From Erysipelotrichaceae bacterium (lineage in GTDB: Bacteria; Bacillota_I; Bacilli_A; Erysipelotrichales; Erysipelotrichaceae), in assembly GCA_963663995.1 (NCBI GenBank), contig OY760660.1, positions 510,001 through 542,000 of the forward strand: 32,000 nt of DNA, read 5' to 3'. The position numbers and the translations under genes were made by a program. The notes under the pieces are model-generated. The model worked only from the letters and a program-made list of their open reading frames with translations, did no database searches and had not been told where the DNA came from. Below are positions 17,128-26,043 of the stretch, in pieces (position 1 is the first letter of the stretch; the number at the start of each line of letters is the position of its first letter).

Positions 17128-17136
17128 ATTATAGCA
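17128..17136 (-). promoter_or_regulatory. Extended -10 element TGcTATAAT in the 19-bp obg-ruvA spacer
   Basis: Exactly 6 nt (TGGCAT) lie between the hexamer and the ruvA ATG, with no SD and no good -35. Confidence 0.4.
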
Positions 17137-17140
17137 TTAA

Positions 17141-18446
<1,306 letters not shown>

Positions 18447-18448
<2 letters not shown>

Positions 18449-18731
18449 ATGCTTGTGGATAGACAGAAACTTGAGTTTTGTTTTTTCCAAGACGTTCAAA
18501 CTTTACGACACCGCCGACTTTAGCGAAGAGAGTATCATCTCCACCACGTCCAACGTTGACTCCTGGATGAATTTTTGTCCCGCGTTGACGGTAAAGAATT
18601 GCACCTGCGTTAGCGAATTGACCATCAGCACGTTTAGCGCCTAAACGTTTAGATTGGCTATCACGACCATTCTTAGTCGAACCAACCCCTTTTTTAGATG
18701 CAAAGAGTTGTAAATTTAAAGTAAATTTCAT
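18447..18731 (-). CDS. rpmA: 50S ribosomal protein L27 with Firmicutes-type N-terminal propeptide
   Basis: The sequence [25 protein letters not shown]... is highly similar to L27. AAAGGAGG lies 7 nt upstream. Confidence 0.97.
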
Positions 18732-19051
18732 ACGGATTCCTCCTTTATTCTTATATTTTTAGGATGACTGTCTTCTACAGTCTTTAATTGATATACGAGA
18801 AAGCACAACAGATTTTCTAATGTTTCATTAGATTCGAGTACATTGATTTCAATCAACGCATCTTCTCCTTCACGGTATGTGAGTGAAACATTTTCGTTTT
18901 GCATCTCTACTAAAGCATTTAAAGCTCCAGTAGCGATTGAACTAACTGCTGCACAGATAAGATCATGTCCTTTTGGTCCGCTTTCAGCATGACCTGTTAC
19001 ACTGACCTTACGGATTACACGATTCAAACGATGAATCGAAACCCTAATCAT
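18728..19051 (-). CDS. prp: Ribosomal-processing cysteine protease Prp (L27 propeptide protease)
   Basis: 107 aa located between rplU and rpmA. The His/Cys pair lies in [18 protein letters not shown]. Its stop overlaps the rpmA start (ATGA). Confidence 0.9.
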   Translation of the reverse strand: MIRVSIHRLNRVIRKVSVTGHAESGPKGHDLICAAVSSIATGALNALVEMQNENVSLTYREGEDALIEINVLESNETLENLLCFLVYQLKTVEDSHPKNIRIKEESV

Positions 19052-19054
19052 AGT

Positions 19055-19372
19055 TTAAGCCTCTAAAGCGATAGCTTCAACTAATAATTTTGTATAAGGT
19101 TGACGGTGACCTTGTTTACGACGGGTTGAACCTTTTTTTGGTTTGTACTTGAAGATAATAACCTTCTTTTCCTTACCATGTTTTTCAACCTTAGTTGTTA
19201 CAGTAGCACCTTTAACATAAGGTGTACCGATTTTTGTGGACTTATCGCTGTAAACGAGAACGTTGTCAAAAACAACAGTTTCGCCTTCTTGCACGTCGAG
19301 TTTTTCAACAAAGATACTTTGTCCTTTTTCGACTTTTAATTGCTTGCCACCAGTTTCGATGATTGCGTACAT
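19055..19372 (-). CDS. rplU: 50S ribosomal protein L21
   Basis: [18 protein letters not shown]... is a typical L21. AGGAGG lies 6 nt upstream. Confidence 0.97.
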   Translation of the reverse strand: MYAIIETGGKQLKVEKGQSIFVEKLDVQEGETVVFDNVLVYSDKSTKIGTPYVKGATVTTKVEKHGKEKKVIIFKYKPKKGSTRRKQGHRQPYTKLLVEAIALEA

Positions 19373-19471
19373 GTTTTTCCTCCTATTCTTTCATTGAGAC
19401 TCGCCAAACAATGGTGACTGACGTACTTAAAACCATTTTTGAGCGGTTGCATTCCATACTAGGAAGACAAC
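19373..19471 (-). ncRNA. Structured rplU 5' leader (candidate L21-leader-type ribosomal autoregulatory element)
   Basis: The leader is about 100 nt, from the predicted +1 (about 19471) to the ATG. Hand-folded stems are GUUG/CAAC enclosing UUCC-UAGUAU-GGAA, and AAUGGU/ACCAUU (19432-19437 with 19410-19415). UCUUCCUA (19460-19467) can pair over 8 bp with the SD UAGGAGGA (19378-19385). Confidence 0.45.
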
Positions 19472-19477
19472 ATAAGA

Positions 19478-19486
19478 AGTATACCA
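19478..19486 (-). promoter_or_regulatory. Extended -10 element TGgTATACT upstream of the rplU leader
   Basis: Minus strand reads TGGTATACT, directly after a T8 run that follows the DUF554 gene. Confidence 0.4.
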
Positions 19487-19501
19487 TAAAAAAAATGGCT
19501 G

Positions 19502-20188
19502 TCAAACAAGTGACAAAGCCATTTGAAATACGATAACTAGAATCAAAGAAGGCAAAATATTAATGACTTTAAAATTTGTTATTTTCATCATATTAAAAGC
19601 TAATGCCATAATCATTAATGAACCCATCGCAGATAAATTAGTAATAAGTTCTAAACTCAAATAGCTACTTAATAATGAGCTAAAAACAGTTAATGCCCCT
19701 TGATAGATAAGGATTGGTATAAAAGAAAAGAAAACACCCCAACCAAAGGATGAAGCTAAGACCATAGAAGTCACAAAATCCAAGGTTGATTTAGTATACA
19801 AAATGGTTTCATTTCCATTTAAGCCACTCTCTAAAGATCCGACAATCGCCATTGCGCCTACTCCAAACAACAAAGTAGCACTAATTAAACCTTGTGAGAA
19901 ACGACCATCTTGTTTTTTAACAAATTTCTTCTCTAAAGAAAAGACAAAATGATTAAAACGTTTATCAATATCAAAAATTTCACCAATCACAATGCCAAGG
20001 GCTAATGAAACGATTAATAAAACAAAATTTGTTGATGCTAAAACTCCTTGTATACCAATAACTAAAACCATTAGACCTAAAGCGCTAATAATAACATCAC
20101 TTTTTTCTTTAAAAAAGCCAGTTTTTAATCCAATACCGATTAAAGAACCAGCCATGATTGTAAGTGCATTTACGATTGTTCCATTCAT
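19502..20188 (-). CDS. DUF554-family (YqgA-like) integral membrane protein
   Basis: 228 aa and almost entirely hydrophobic, with multiple TM segments. The N-terminus MNGTIVNALTIMAGSLIGIGLK resembles DUF554 proteins. The ATGA overlap with the upstream methyltransferase stop is present. Confidence 0.7.
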   Translation of the reverse strand: MNGTIVNALTIMAGSLIGIGLKTGFFKEKSDVIISALGLMVLVIGIQGVLASTNFVLLIVSLALGIVIGEIFDIDKRFNHFVFSLEKKFVKKQDGRFSQGLISATLLFGVGAMAIVGSLESGLNGNETILYTKSTLDFVTSMVLASSFGWGVFFSFIPILIYQGALTVFSSLLSSYLSLELITNLSAMGSLMIMALAFNMMKITNFKVINILPSLILVIVFQMALSLV

Positions 20189-20823
20189 TTCTCTTCATTT
20201 ACCTCATTAATAATAGGAGCATCCACGATCAAATGAGATTTCCCATTTTTTCTAAACTCCATACAAACACTGGATGCTTGATGATTCATACTATGATGAA
20301 TCATCTGAATGCGTCTAAGTGAAAAATGTTTTTCATTAAAGATTAAAGCTGTTTCTAATAATCGATACGCTTTAATAATCAAATACATACGACCCTTATC
20401 TTTGAGAAGTCGATAAGCATGAGTCGCTAATTCATCAAGTGTCAGTGTATCATCAAACTGCATTATATCTTCTTCAAATCGTGTATCACTGTGATAAGGC
20501 GGATTTGAAACAATCACATCAACTACAGATGATTGATAGTCTTGAACACGACAATTAATAAATTCACAGTTTTGGCAATGATTTAATTCAGCATTTTCAC
20601 CCGCTAAATTAATCGCATCTTGATCAATGTCTAAACCAATGACATGACTCGATGTTTGCACAGCTGCTGCAAGTGCTAAGACACCATTATTAGTTCCTAC
20701 ATCTATGACCTTGTCCTTTTTTCGTATTTCCATAAATGCCGCTAAATGATGCGTATCTGAGCTCATTTTATAACGTGAACTTTGTTTTAATTGGACGTAA
20801 GGTTTTTCAATAAAATCAATCAT
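20185..20823 (-). CDS. Class I SAM-dependent methyltransferase with NPPY motif (TrmN6/YfiC-like N6-adenine or HemK-like type)
   Basis: 212 aa with motif I (VIDVGTNNGVLAL) and motif IV (VSNPPYH). The start ATG immediately follows the histidine kinase TAA stop. Confidence 0.75.
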   Translation of the reverse strand: MIDFIEKPYVQLKQSSRYKMSSDTHHLAAFMEIRKKDKVIDVGTNNGVLALAAAVQTSSHVIGLDIDQDAINLAGENAELNHCQNCEFINCRVQDYQSSVVDVIVSNPPYHSDTRFEEDIMQFDDTLTLDELATHAYRLLKDKGRMYLIIKAYRLLETALIFNEKHFSLRRIQMIHHSMNHQASSVCMEFRKNGKSHLIVDAPIINEVNEEK

Positions 20824-22278
20824 TTAAATTACCGTATCTGGTTTAAGCGCATATTTAAGTTCAAACCAGAAAGTAGATCCTTCATTCACTTTAGAAATAA
20901 CGCCGAAATGAGCATCATGTTTCTTTAAAATGGCAGCTGCAATCGATAAACCTAAACCCGTTCCAGTTTTATTACGTTGATGATGTTTATCAATTTTATA
21001 ATAGCGATCCCAAATATAAGGTAAATCACTCTCAGCAATCCCTGGACCATGATCTATAACTTCAATTCGAACCGTATCTTGATCTGTTAATATTTGAAAT
21101 ATTAGTTTTTTATCTTTACCAACAAATTTAATCGCATTAGTAATAAAGTTAATTAAAACTTGTTTAATGCGATTAGCATCACCTAAGACAAGCACTTCTT
21201 CAGGTGTGTAGACAATTGAATTAATCTTATGTTGATGAAGGTAAACATCAACAAGATCTAAACTTTGTCTGAGTGTCTCGACAATATCAAAAGGTTCACT
21301 ATTCAATACAAGGATATTACTTTGAAGTTGGGTAAGAATTGTCATATCTTGAGCTAAGTGATCTAAATGATCGACCTCTGCTAATATGACATCTAAATGT
21401 TCTTCTCGTTTAATATCATCTTTACCCGAGATATCCTTGATCATCTCAGCATAAGCTTTAATCATTGTGAGTGGTGTTTTAATATCATGTGAGACATTCG
21501 CAATTAAATCTCGACGTAACTCTTCCATCTTTTTTAATTCAACAGATGTTTGGTTTAAAGTGTGAGCGAGATCATTTATTTCTGTGAATTCCCCTTCATC
21601 AAAGGTCACATCATAATTTCCATCCGCTAACTTTAATGCACTTTTTTTCATTTTCACAATCGGAATTGAAATACGATTAGAAATAAGTAATGAAACAACT
21701 GAAAATAAGATAAAAACAATGATTGTAACGACGATAAACTGATTTTGTAGAATCGAAGTTGTTGAATCCATAGGGAGTAAGGGAGAATTTAGATATACAT
21801 AATAATTTTCAAAATTCGTTTGAATTTTACGACCATAAATAACCATATCTTGTGAGATAACAGAATTCTCTTCAGTAATTGAAAACTCATTATGAGTGGA
21901 TTCATTTAATGCTTCTTCATATTCACTTAATCGAATCGGTAAAGTCATAGACCGTTCATTCAAAAGACAACCTACACCAATCGCATCAACTTGATACAAT
22001 AAATCGCCTTTTGAGTTATAGACCAAACCACATACATTATTAGATATGGCTGAGTTTTGAGTATGATAGTCAAAGGCATTGGTTAAGATACTGGTTTCAA
22101 TTTCATCCGCAACTTCTTTCACTTGATCAATTTTCATATCTGTAAAGGATGCACCTAAAAGGACCATTTGAAACAACCAAATCATCCCTAAGACACCTAT
22201 TGTTAAGGTGACAAAATATAACCAAATTTTAAAACGCATGGCGCGAAAATCAAACTTCAAATTTATACCCTGTTCCAC
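20824..22278 (-). CDS. Two-component sensor histidine kinase (2 TM, about 130-aa extracytoplasmic loop, HAMP, HisKA, HATPase_c)
   Basis: Has the H-box (SHDIKTPL), N-box (NFITNAIKF), G1 (DHGPGI) and G2 (GTGLGLSI). The ORF-track start is GTG at 22278, overlapping the RR gene. The alternative ATG at 22239 (MRFKIWLYF...) lies 10 nt after the RR stop. The start is ambiguous. Confidence 0.9.
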   Translation of the reverse strand: MEQGINLKFDFRAMRFKIWLYFVTLTIGVLGMIWLFQMVLLGASFTDMKIDQVKEVADEIETSILTNAFDYHTQNSAISNNVCGLVYNSKGDLLYQVDAIGVGCLLNERSMTLPIRLSEYEEALNESTHNEFSITEENSVISQDMVIYGRKIQTNFENYYVYLNSPLLPMDSTTSILQNQFIVVTIIVFILFSVVSLLISNRISIPIVKMKKSALKLADGNYDVTFDEGEFTEINDLAHTLNQTSVELKKMEELRRDLIANVSHDIKTPLTMIKAYAEMIKDISGKDDIKREEHLDVILAEVDHLDHLAQDMTILTQLQSNILVLNSEPFDIVETLRQSLDLVDVYLHQHKINSIVYTPEEVLVLGDANRIKQVLINFITNAIKFVGKDKKLIFQILTDQDTVRIEVIDHGPGIAESDLPYIWDRYYKIDKHHQRNKTGTGLGLSIAAAILKKHDAHFGVISKVNEGSTFWFELKYALKPDTVI

Positions 22279-22912
22279 GAACGGTTACGATAAACTTACG
22301 ATAGTCTCCTAAGTTATGACGTAACATTTTAATATGTGTATCGACTGTACGATCATCACCAAAGTAATTATAATTCCATACATTCTCTAATAAAACTTCC
22401 CGATGAATCGCAGTATTTTTATTAATGATTAAATAAAGTAATAAATCAAATTCTTTCGGTGTTAATAAAATCTTTTCATCATCAATACTGACCACTCGAG
22501 CATCCACATTCACATGTAAACCTTCAAAATCATAAGCTGTTTGTGCTTTTTCAGTATTACGATCGATCACAACATTGATTCTTGCCATCAATTCTTTTGG
22601 GCTAAAAGGTTTAACAACATAGTCATCCACACCTAATTCAAAACCTAATAATTTATCATATTCTTCATGACGAGCAGAAAGCATGATAATTGGAACACGA
22701 CGAATTTTGCGCATTTCCCGACATGCACTATAGCCATCCATCTTCGGCATCATGATATCCAAAACAACACAATCAAAATGTTCATTTTCAAAATGTTGAA
22801 GGGCTTCTACCCCATCATTAGCTTCTACGACATCATATCCAGATAAAATTGCATACTCTTTAACAACTTCACGAATTTTACTTTCGTCATCGACAATTAA
22901 TAATCTTGGCAT
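22250..22912 (-). CDS. OmpR/PhoB-family response regulator
   Basis: The receiver has LIVDDES, the phospho-acceptor VVLDIMMP and VVKPF. The C-terminal winged helix has LTPKEFDLLLYL...RGTGYKF. AGGAGA lies 6 nt upstream of the ATG. Confidence 0.93.
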   Translation of the reverse strand: MPRLLIVDDESKIREVVKEYAILSGYDVVEANDGVEALQHFENEHFDCVVLDIMMPKMDGYSACREMRKIRRVPIIMLSARHEEYDKLLGFELGVDDYVVKPFSPKELMARINVVIDRNTEKAQTAYDFEGLHVNVDARVVSIDDEKILLTPKEFDLLLYLIINKNTAIHREVLLENVWNYNYFGDDRTVDTHIKMLRHNLGDYRKFIVTVRGTGYKFEV

Positions 22913-22932
22913 AAACTTTCTCCTGTCTTGTT

Positions 22933-25900
22933 TTAATCAAATTTTATGATTTCAATCTTTCTAGCTAAGATTGATCCTTCTTTTTCAATGATTCCATCTA
23001 TCTTAAGAATACTTTGATTTTTTAAATCATTCAAAATTCTTTGATAAAGATTTGGCATAATAACCACATCCATATCTCCACTTTCATCATAACCTACAAC
23101 AAACGCCATCATATCCCCTTTTTTTGTACGATGTGTTTTTATTTTTTTAACCATTAAGACAAGTGTTTGCATCTGTTGAGATATTTGTGTGTTTGAACGG
23201 TTTGTTTTAACCCCTAACTTTTGTTTAATTTGAAGTATAGGGTGATCACTTAAGTAAAAACCTAGCACAGCTCGCTCTTTTTCCAATCGCTCTAAATAAA
23301 CATCTTTAACTTCAATCATTGGTAATGGTTTGACAAGTTCTAAATCAATCGTTGTTTGTTGACCTGGTTTTTTAACCATATCAGCATAATTAAAGGCATC
23401 GTCTAAACTTGCTTTCAAACTATTACGTGATGGATTAAATTGATCAAGTGCACCTGCATCTATTAAAGCTTCAATATTCTTACGATTTACTTTATGCATT
23501 GAGATACGCACAATAAAGTCATAGAAACTCTTGTATATACCTAAATCTCTTTCATTTAAGATAGCTGTAACCGCAACTGATCCTAAACCTTTAATTAAAA
23601 GTAAAGGTAAGCGAATCGCACCATTTTCTTCAACACTTTGACTAAAAGATGCATTAATACTTGGTGAAAGAATACTTAAGCCATGGTTTCTGGCTTCACT
23701 GATGTATTCAAAACTCTTTGTTTCAGATCCCATGACTGAATTCAGTAAAGCAATATAAAACTCTAAAGGAAAATTAGCTTTTAAATAAGCCATTTGATAA
23801 GCAATTAAACCATAAGCAACACTATGCGATTTATTGAATCCGTAGTTCGCAAATTTCAAGATTAATTCAAATAAGTCAGTTGCGAGTTTTTGATCATAGC
23901 CTTGACTTAAACATCCTGCAATAAAATCTTTCTTTAGATTTTCTAAACCTTCTAGATTCTTCTTACTCATCGCTTTACGCATGACATCAGCTTTCGCTAA
24001 ACTAAAGCCTGCCATTACTTGTGCCACTTGCATAATTTGTTCTTGGTAAATAAGAATCCCTGAGGTTGACTCTAAAATAGGTTTTAAATCGGGATGTAGA
24101 TAATGAATTTTTTGAGGATTAGCACGAGCGGCTAAATAGCTTGGAATATTTTCCATAGGTCCTGGTCTAAATAAAGCAATCGTTGCGACAATATCTTCAA
24201 AAGCACCTACATGCATTCTTTCTAATAACTTTTTCATACCTTCTGATTCAAGTTGAAAAATACCAACTGTATCAACTCTTCTAACAAGTTCGATTGTCTT
24301 TTGATCTTTTAAATCAATTTTAAGGATATTAAAATCATCCTCTACTTTATCTTTAATGGCTTGAACAACGTCATCGATGATGGTTAAATTTCTTAAACCT
24401 AAGAAATCCATTTTAATTAAACCTAAGGATTCAAGATGTTCCATTGTATATTGTGTCGACAACATATCTTGTTCAATTTGAATTAAAGGTACAACTTCAT
24501 TTAAATCAACACTGCTCATTACAATCCCAGCTGCATGCGTTGATACATGTCTTGGTAAGCCTTCTAATTTCAAAGCTAATTGATAGAGTTTTTGATATTT
24601 AGCTTGAGATTGGATAAGTTGGGCAAAAGTTTTAGACTGCTCATATGCTTTTTCTAATGTAATTTTGGGCAGTGATGGAATCGCTTTTGATAAAGCATTT
24701 AAATCATATTGATTAAAATCTAAAACTTTACCAACATCACGGATGACCTGTTTTGCCGCTAAAGTTCCAAAGGTTGCGATATGAGCCACATGTTGTTGAC
24801 CATATTTATTTAAGACATAAGATAGCACTTCATCACGACGATTATCTGGAAAATCAGTATCGATATCAGGCATAGATATACGTTCAGGATTTAAAAAACG
24901 TTCAAACAACAGTCCATATTCAAGTGGATCAACATGGGTAATCCCTAAACTGTATGAAACAAGTGAACCAGCCGCAGATCCACGACCTGGACCTACATAG
25001 ATTCCTTGTGTTTTCGCAAAACGAATAAAGTCATAAACAATTAAGAAATAATCTTCATAATTCATTGAAAAAATAACATCTAATTCATGTTTTAGACGTA
25101 CTTTATAGGCATTAACATCCGTTCTCTTATCTTCTAAACGTTTATTTAAACCTGCTAAGCAAAGCTGTGTTAGATATTGTTTAGAATTTAAACCTTGAGG
25201 ACAATCAAATTTTGGTAAATACGTTGAACTTGGTAATTCAAAAGACTCGATCGAATCAACAAGTTGACTTACATTGTCTAAACTTTCTTGATCATAGAGT
25301 GCCAACATTTCATCTTGATCTAAAAAGTATCGATATTTTTCAACTAGCGCTTCTGCTTGTTCAAAGTTAATTCCCTTTTCAATGCCAATTAAAGTGGTAT
25401 TTAATTCAACATCTTCAGCTTTCGCATAATAAACTTTAGGGAATGCTATGGATGGAATATCAAATGATTTTAAAAGAGTACTTAGATGACTGTTTTCTTT
25501 TTGCCAATAAGCATCTTCTTGATAAGACAGACCAAAAAAAGGATGTTTAACATTTTCTTTAACTAAATCAGCTATGCTTAGTATTTGATCTTCACTTTGA
25601 TTATAAATAGCTTCTTCAAAGACACCGCCAAGATTATGGATAATACAAATAAGATTGTTTTCATCCTTTAGAAGACTTAAATCTAAACTTTGATTAGAAT
25701 TAACGAGTGATGAAAACTTTAATAAAGTCTTAAACCCTTCGATATTTTTCGCAATGACAGTATAGAAAGCTGAATGCCCATTTAATTGAAATTGTGTTTC
25801 TAAACCAATGATGGCTTTTAGTTGATGTCTTTGACAAAGTCTAAGAAATTCGGGTACACCATGCATCACATTTAAATCAGTTAAAGCAACGGTTTGATAA

Positions 25901-25995
25901 TTTAAATTTTTCGCAGTTAAAACAAGTGTCTCGACACTCATACTACCCTTTAGTAATGAATAAGCACTACGTGCATGTAAATGTGAAATTTGCAT
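22933..25995 (-). CDS. dnaE: DNA polymerase III alpha subunit, DnaE-type (no exonuclease insert)
   Basis: 1020 aa with the PHP motif (HLHARSAYSLLKG), catalytic MPDIDTDF, GLIKMDFLGLRNLT and a C-terminal OB fold. Confidence 0.96.
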   Translation of the reverse strand: MQISHLHARSAYSLLKGSMSVETLVLTAKNLNYQTVALTDLNVMHGVPEFLRLCQRHQLKAIIGLETQFQLNGHSAFYTVIAKNIEGFKTLLKFSSLVNSNQSLDLSLLKDENNLICIIHNLGGVFEEAIYNQSEDQILSIADLVKENVKHPFFGLSYQEDAYWQKENSHLSTLLKSFDIPSIAFPKVYYAKAEDVELNTTLIGIEKGINFEQAEALVEKYRYFLDQDEMLALYDQESLDNVSQLVDSIESFELPSSTYLPKFDCPQGLNSKQYLTQLCLAGLNKRLEDKRTDVNAYKVRLKHELDVIFSMNYEDYFLIVYDFIRFAKTQGIYVGPGRGSAAGSLVSYSLGITHVDPLEYGLLFERFLNPERISMPDIDTDFPDNRRDEVLSYVLNKYGQQHVAHIATFGTLAAKQVIRDVGKVLDFNQYDLNALSKAIPSLPKITLEKAYEQSKTFAQLIQSQAKYQKLYQLALKLEGLPRHVSTHAAGIVMSSVDLNEVVPLIQIEQDMLSTQYTMEHLESLGLIKMDFLGLRNLTIIDDVVQAIKDKVEDDFNILKIDLKDQKTIELVRRVDTVGIFQLESEGMKKLLERMHVGAFEDIVATIALFRPGPMENIPSYLAARANPQKIHYLHPDLKPILESTSGILIYQEQIMQVAQVMAGFSLAKADVMRKAMSKKNLEGLENLKKDFIAGCLSQGYDQKLATDLFELILKFANYGFNKSHSVAYGLIAYQMAYLKANFPLEFYIALLNSVMGSETKSFEYISEARNHGLSILSPSINASFSQSVEENGAIRLPLLLIKGLGSVAVTAILNERDLGIYKSFYDFIVRISMHKVNRKNIEALIDAGALDQFNPSRNSLKASLDDAFNYADMVKKPGQQTTIDLELVKPLPMIEVKDVYLERLEKERAVLGFYLSDHPILQIKQKLGVKTNRSNTQISQQMQTLVLMVKKIKTHRTKKGDMMAFVVGYDESGDMDVVIMPNLYQRILNDLKNQSILKIDGIIEKEGSILARKIEIIKFD

Positions 25996-26004
25996 CTTAG
26001 ATGT

Positions 26005-26013
26005 ATTATACCA
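26005..26013 (-). promoter_or_regulatory. Extended -10 element TGgTATAAT upstream of dnaE
   Basis: Nine nt (ACATCTAAG) lie between the hexamer and the dnaE ATG, with no SD. It sits directly downstream of a strong terminator. Confidence 0.45.
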
Positions 26014-26021
26014 ATAAAATA

Positions 26022-26043
26022 AAACAGGCGCTTACGCCTGTTT
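26022..26043 (-). terminator. Intrinsic terminator ending the smc...nrnA-membrane protein gene string
   Basis: Minus strand reads AAACAGGCG-UAAG-CGCCUGUUU followed by UAUUUUAUU. The stem is a perfect 9 bp and G:C-rich. The 5' arm overlaps the stop codon at 26042-26044. Confidence 0.8.

Noticed and set aside
18454-18462. DnaA-box-like TGTGGATAG (8/9 match), and a similar TTATCCACT inside polC
   Set aside because: These are isolated single near-matches inside coding sequence, with no cluster and no AT-rich unwinding element.
19487-19501. The T8 run after the DUF554 gene, considered as a terminator
   Set aside because: The only possible stem is CCAT/ATGG with the T-run as its loop, which is too weak. 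It is more likely just the AT-rich upstream element of the rplU promoter.
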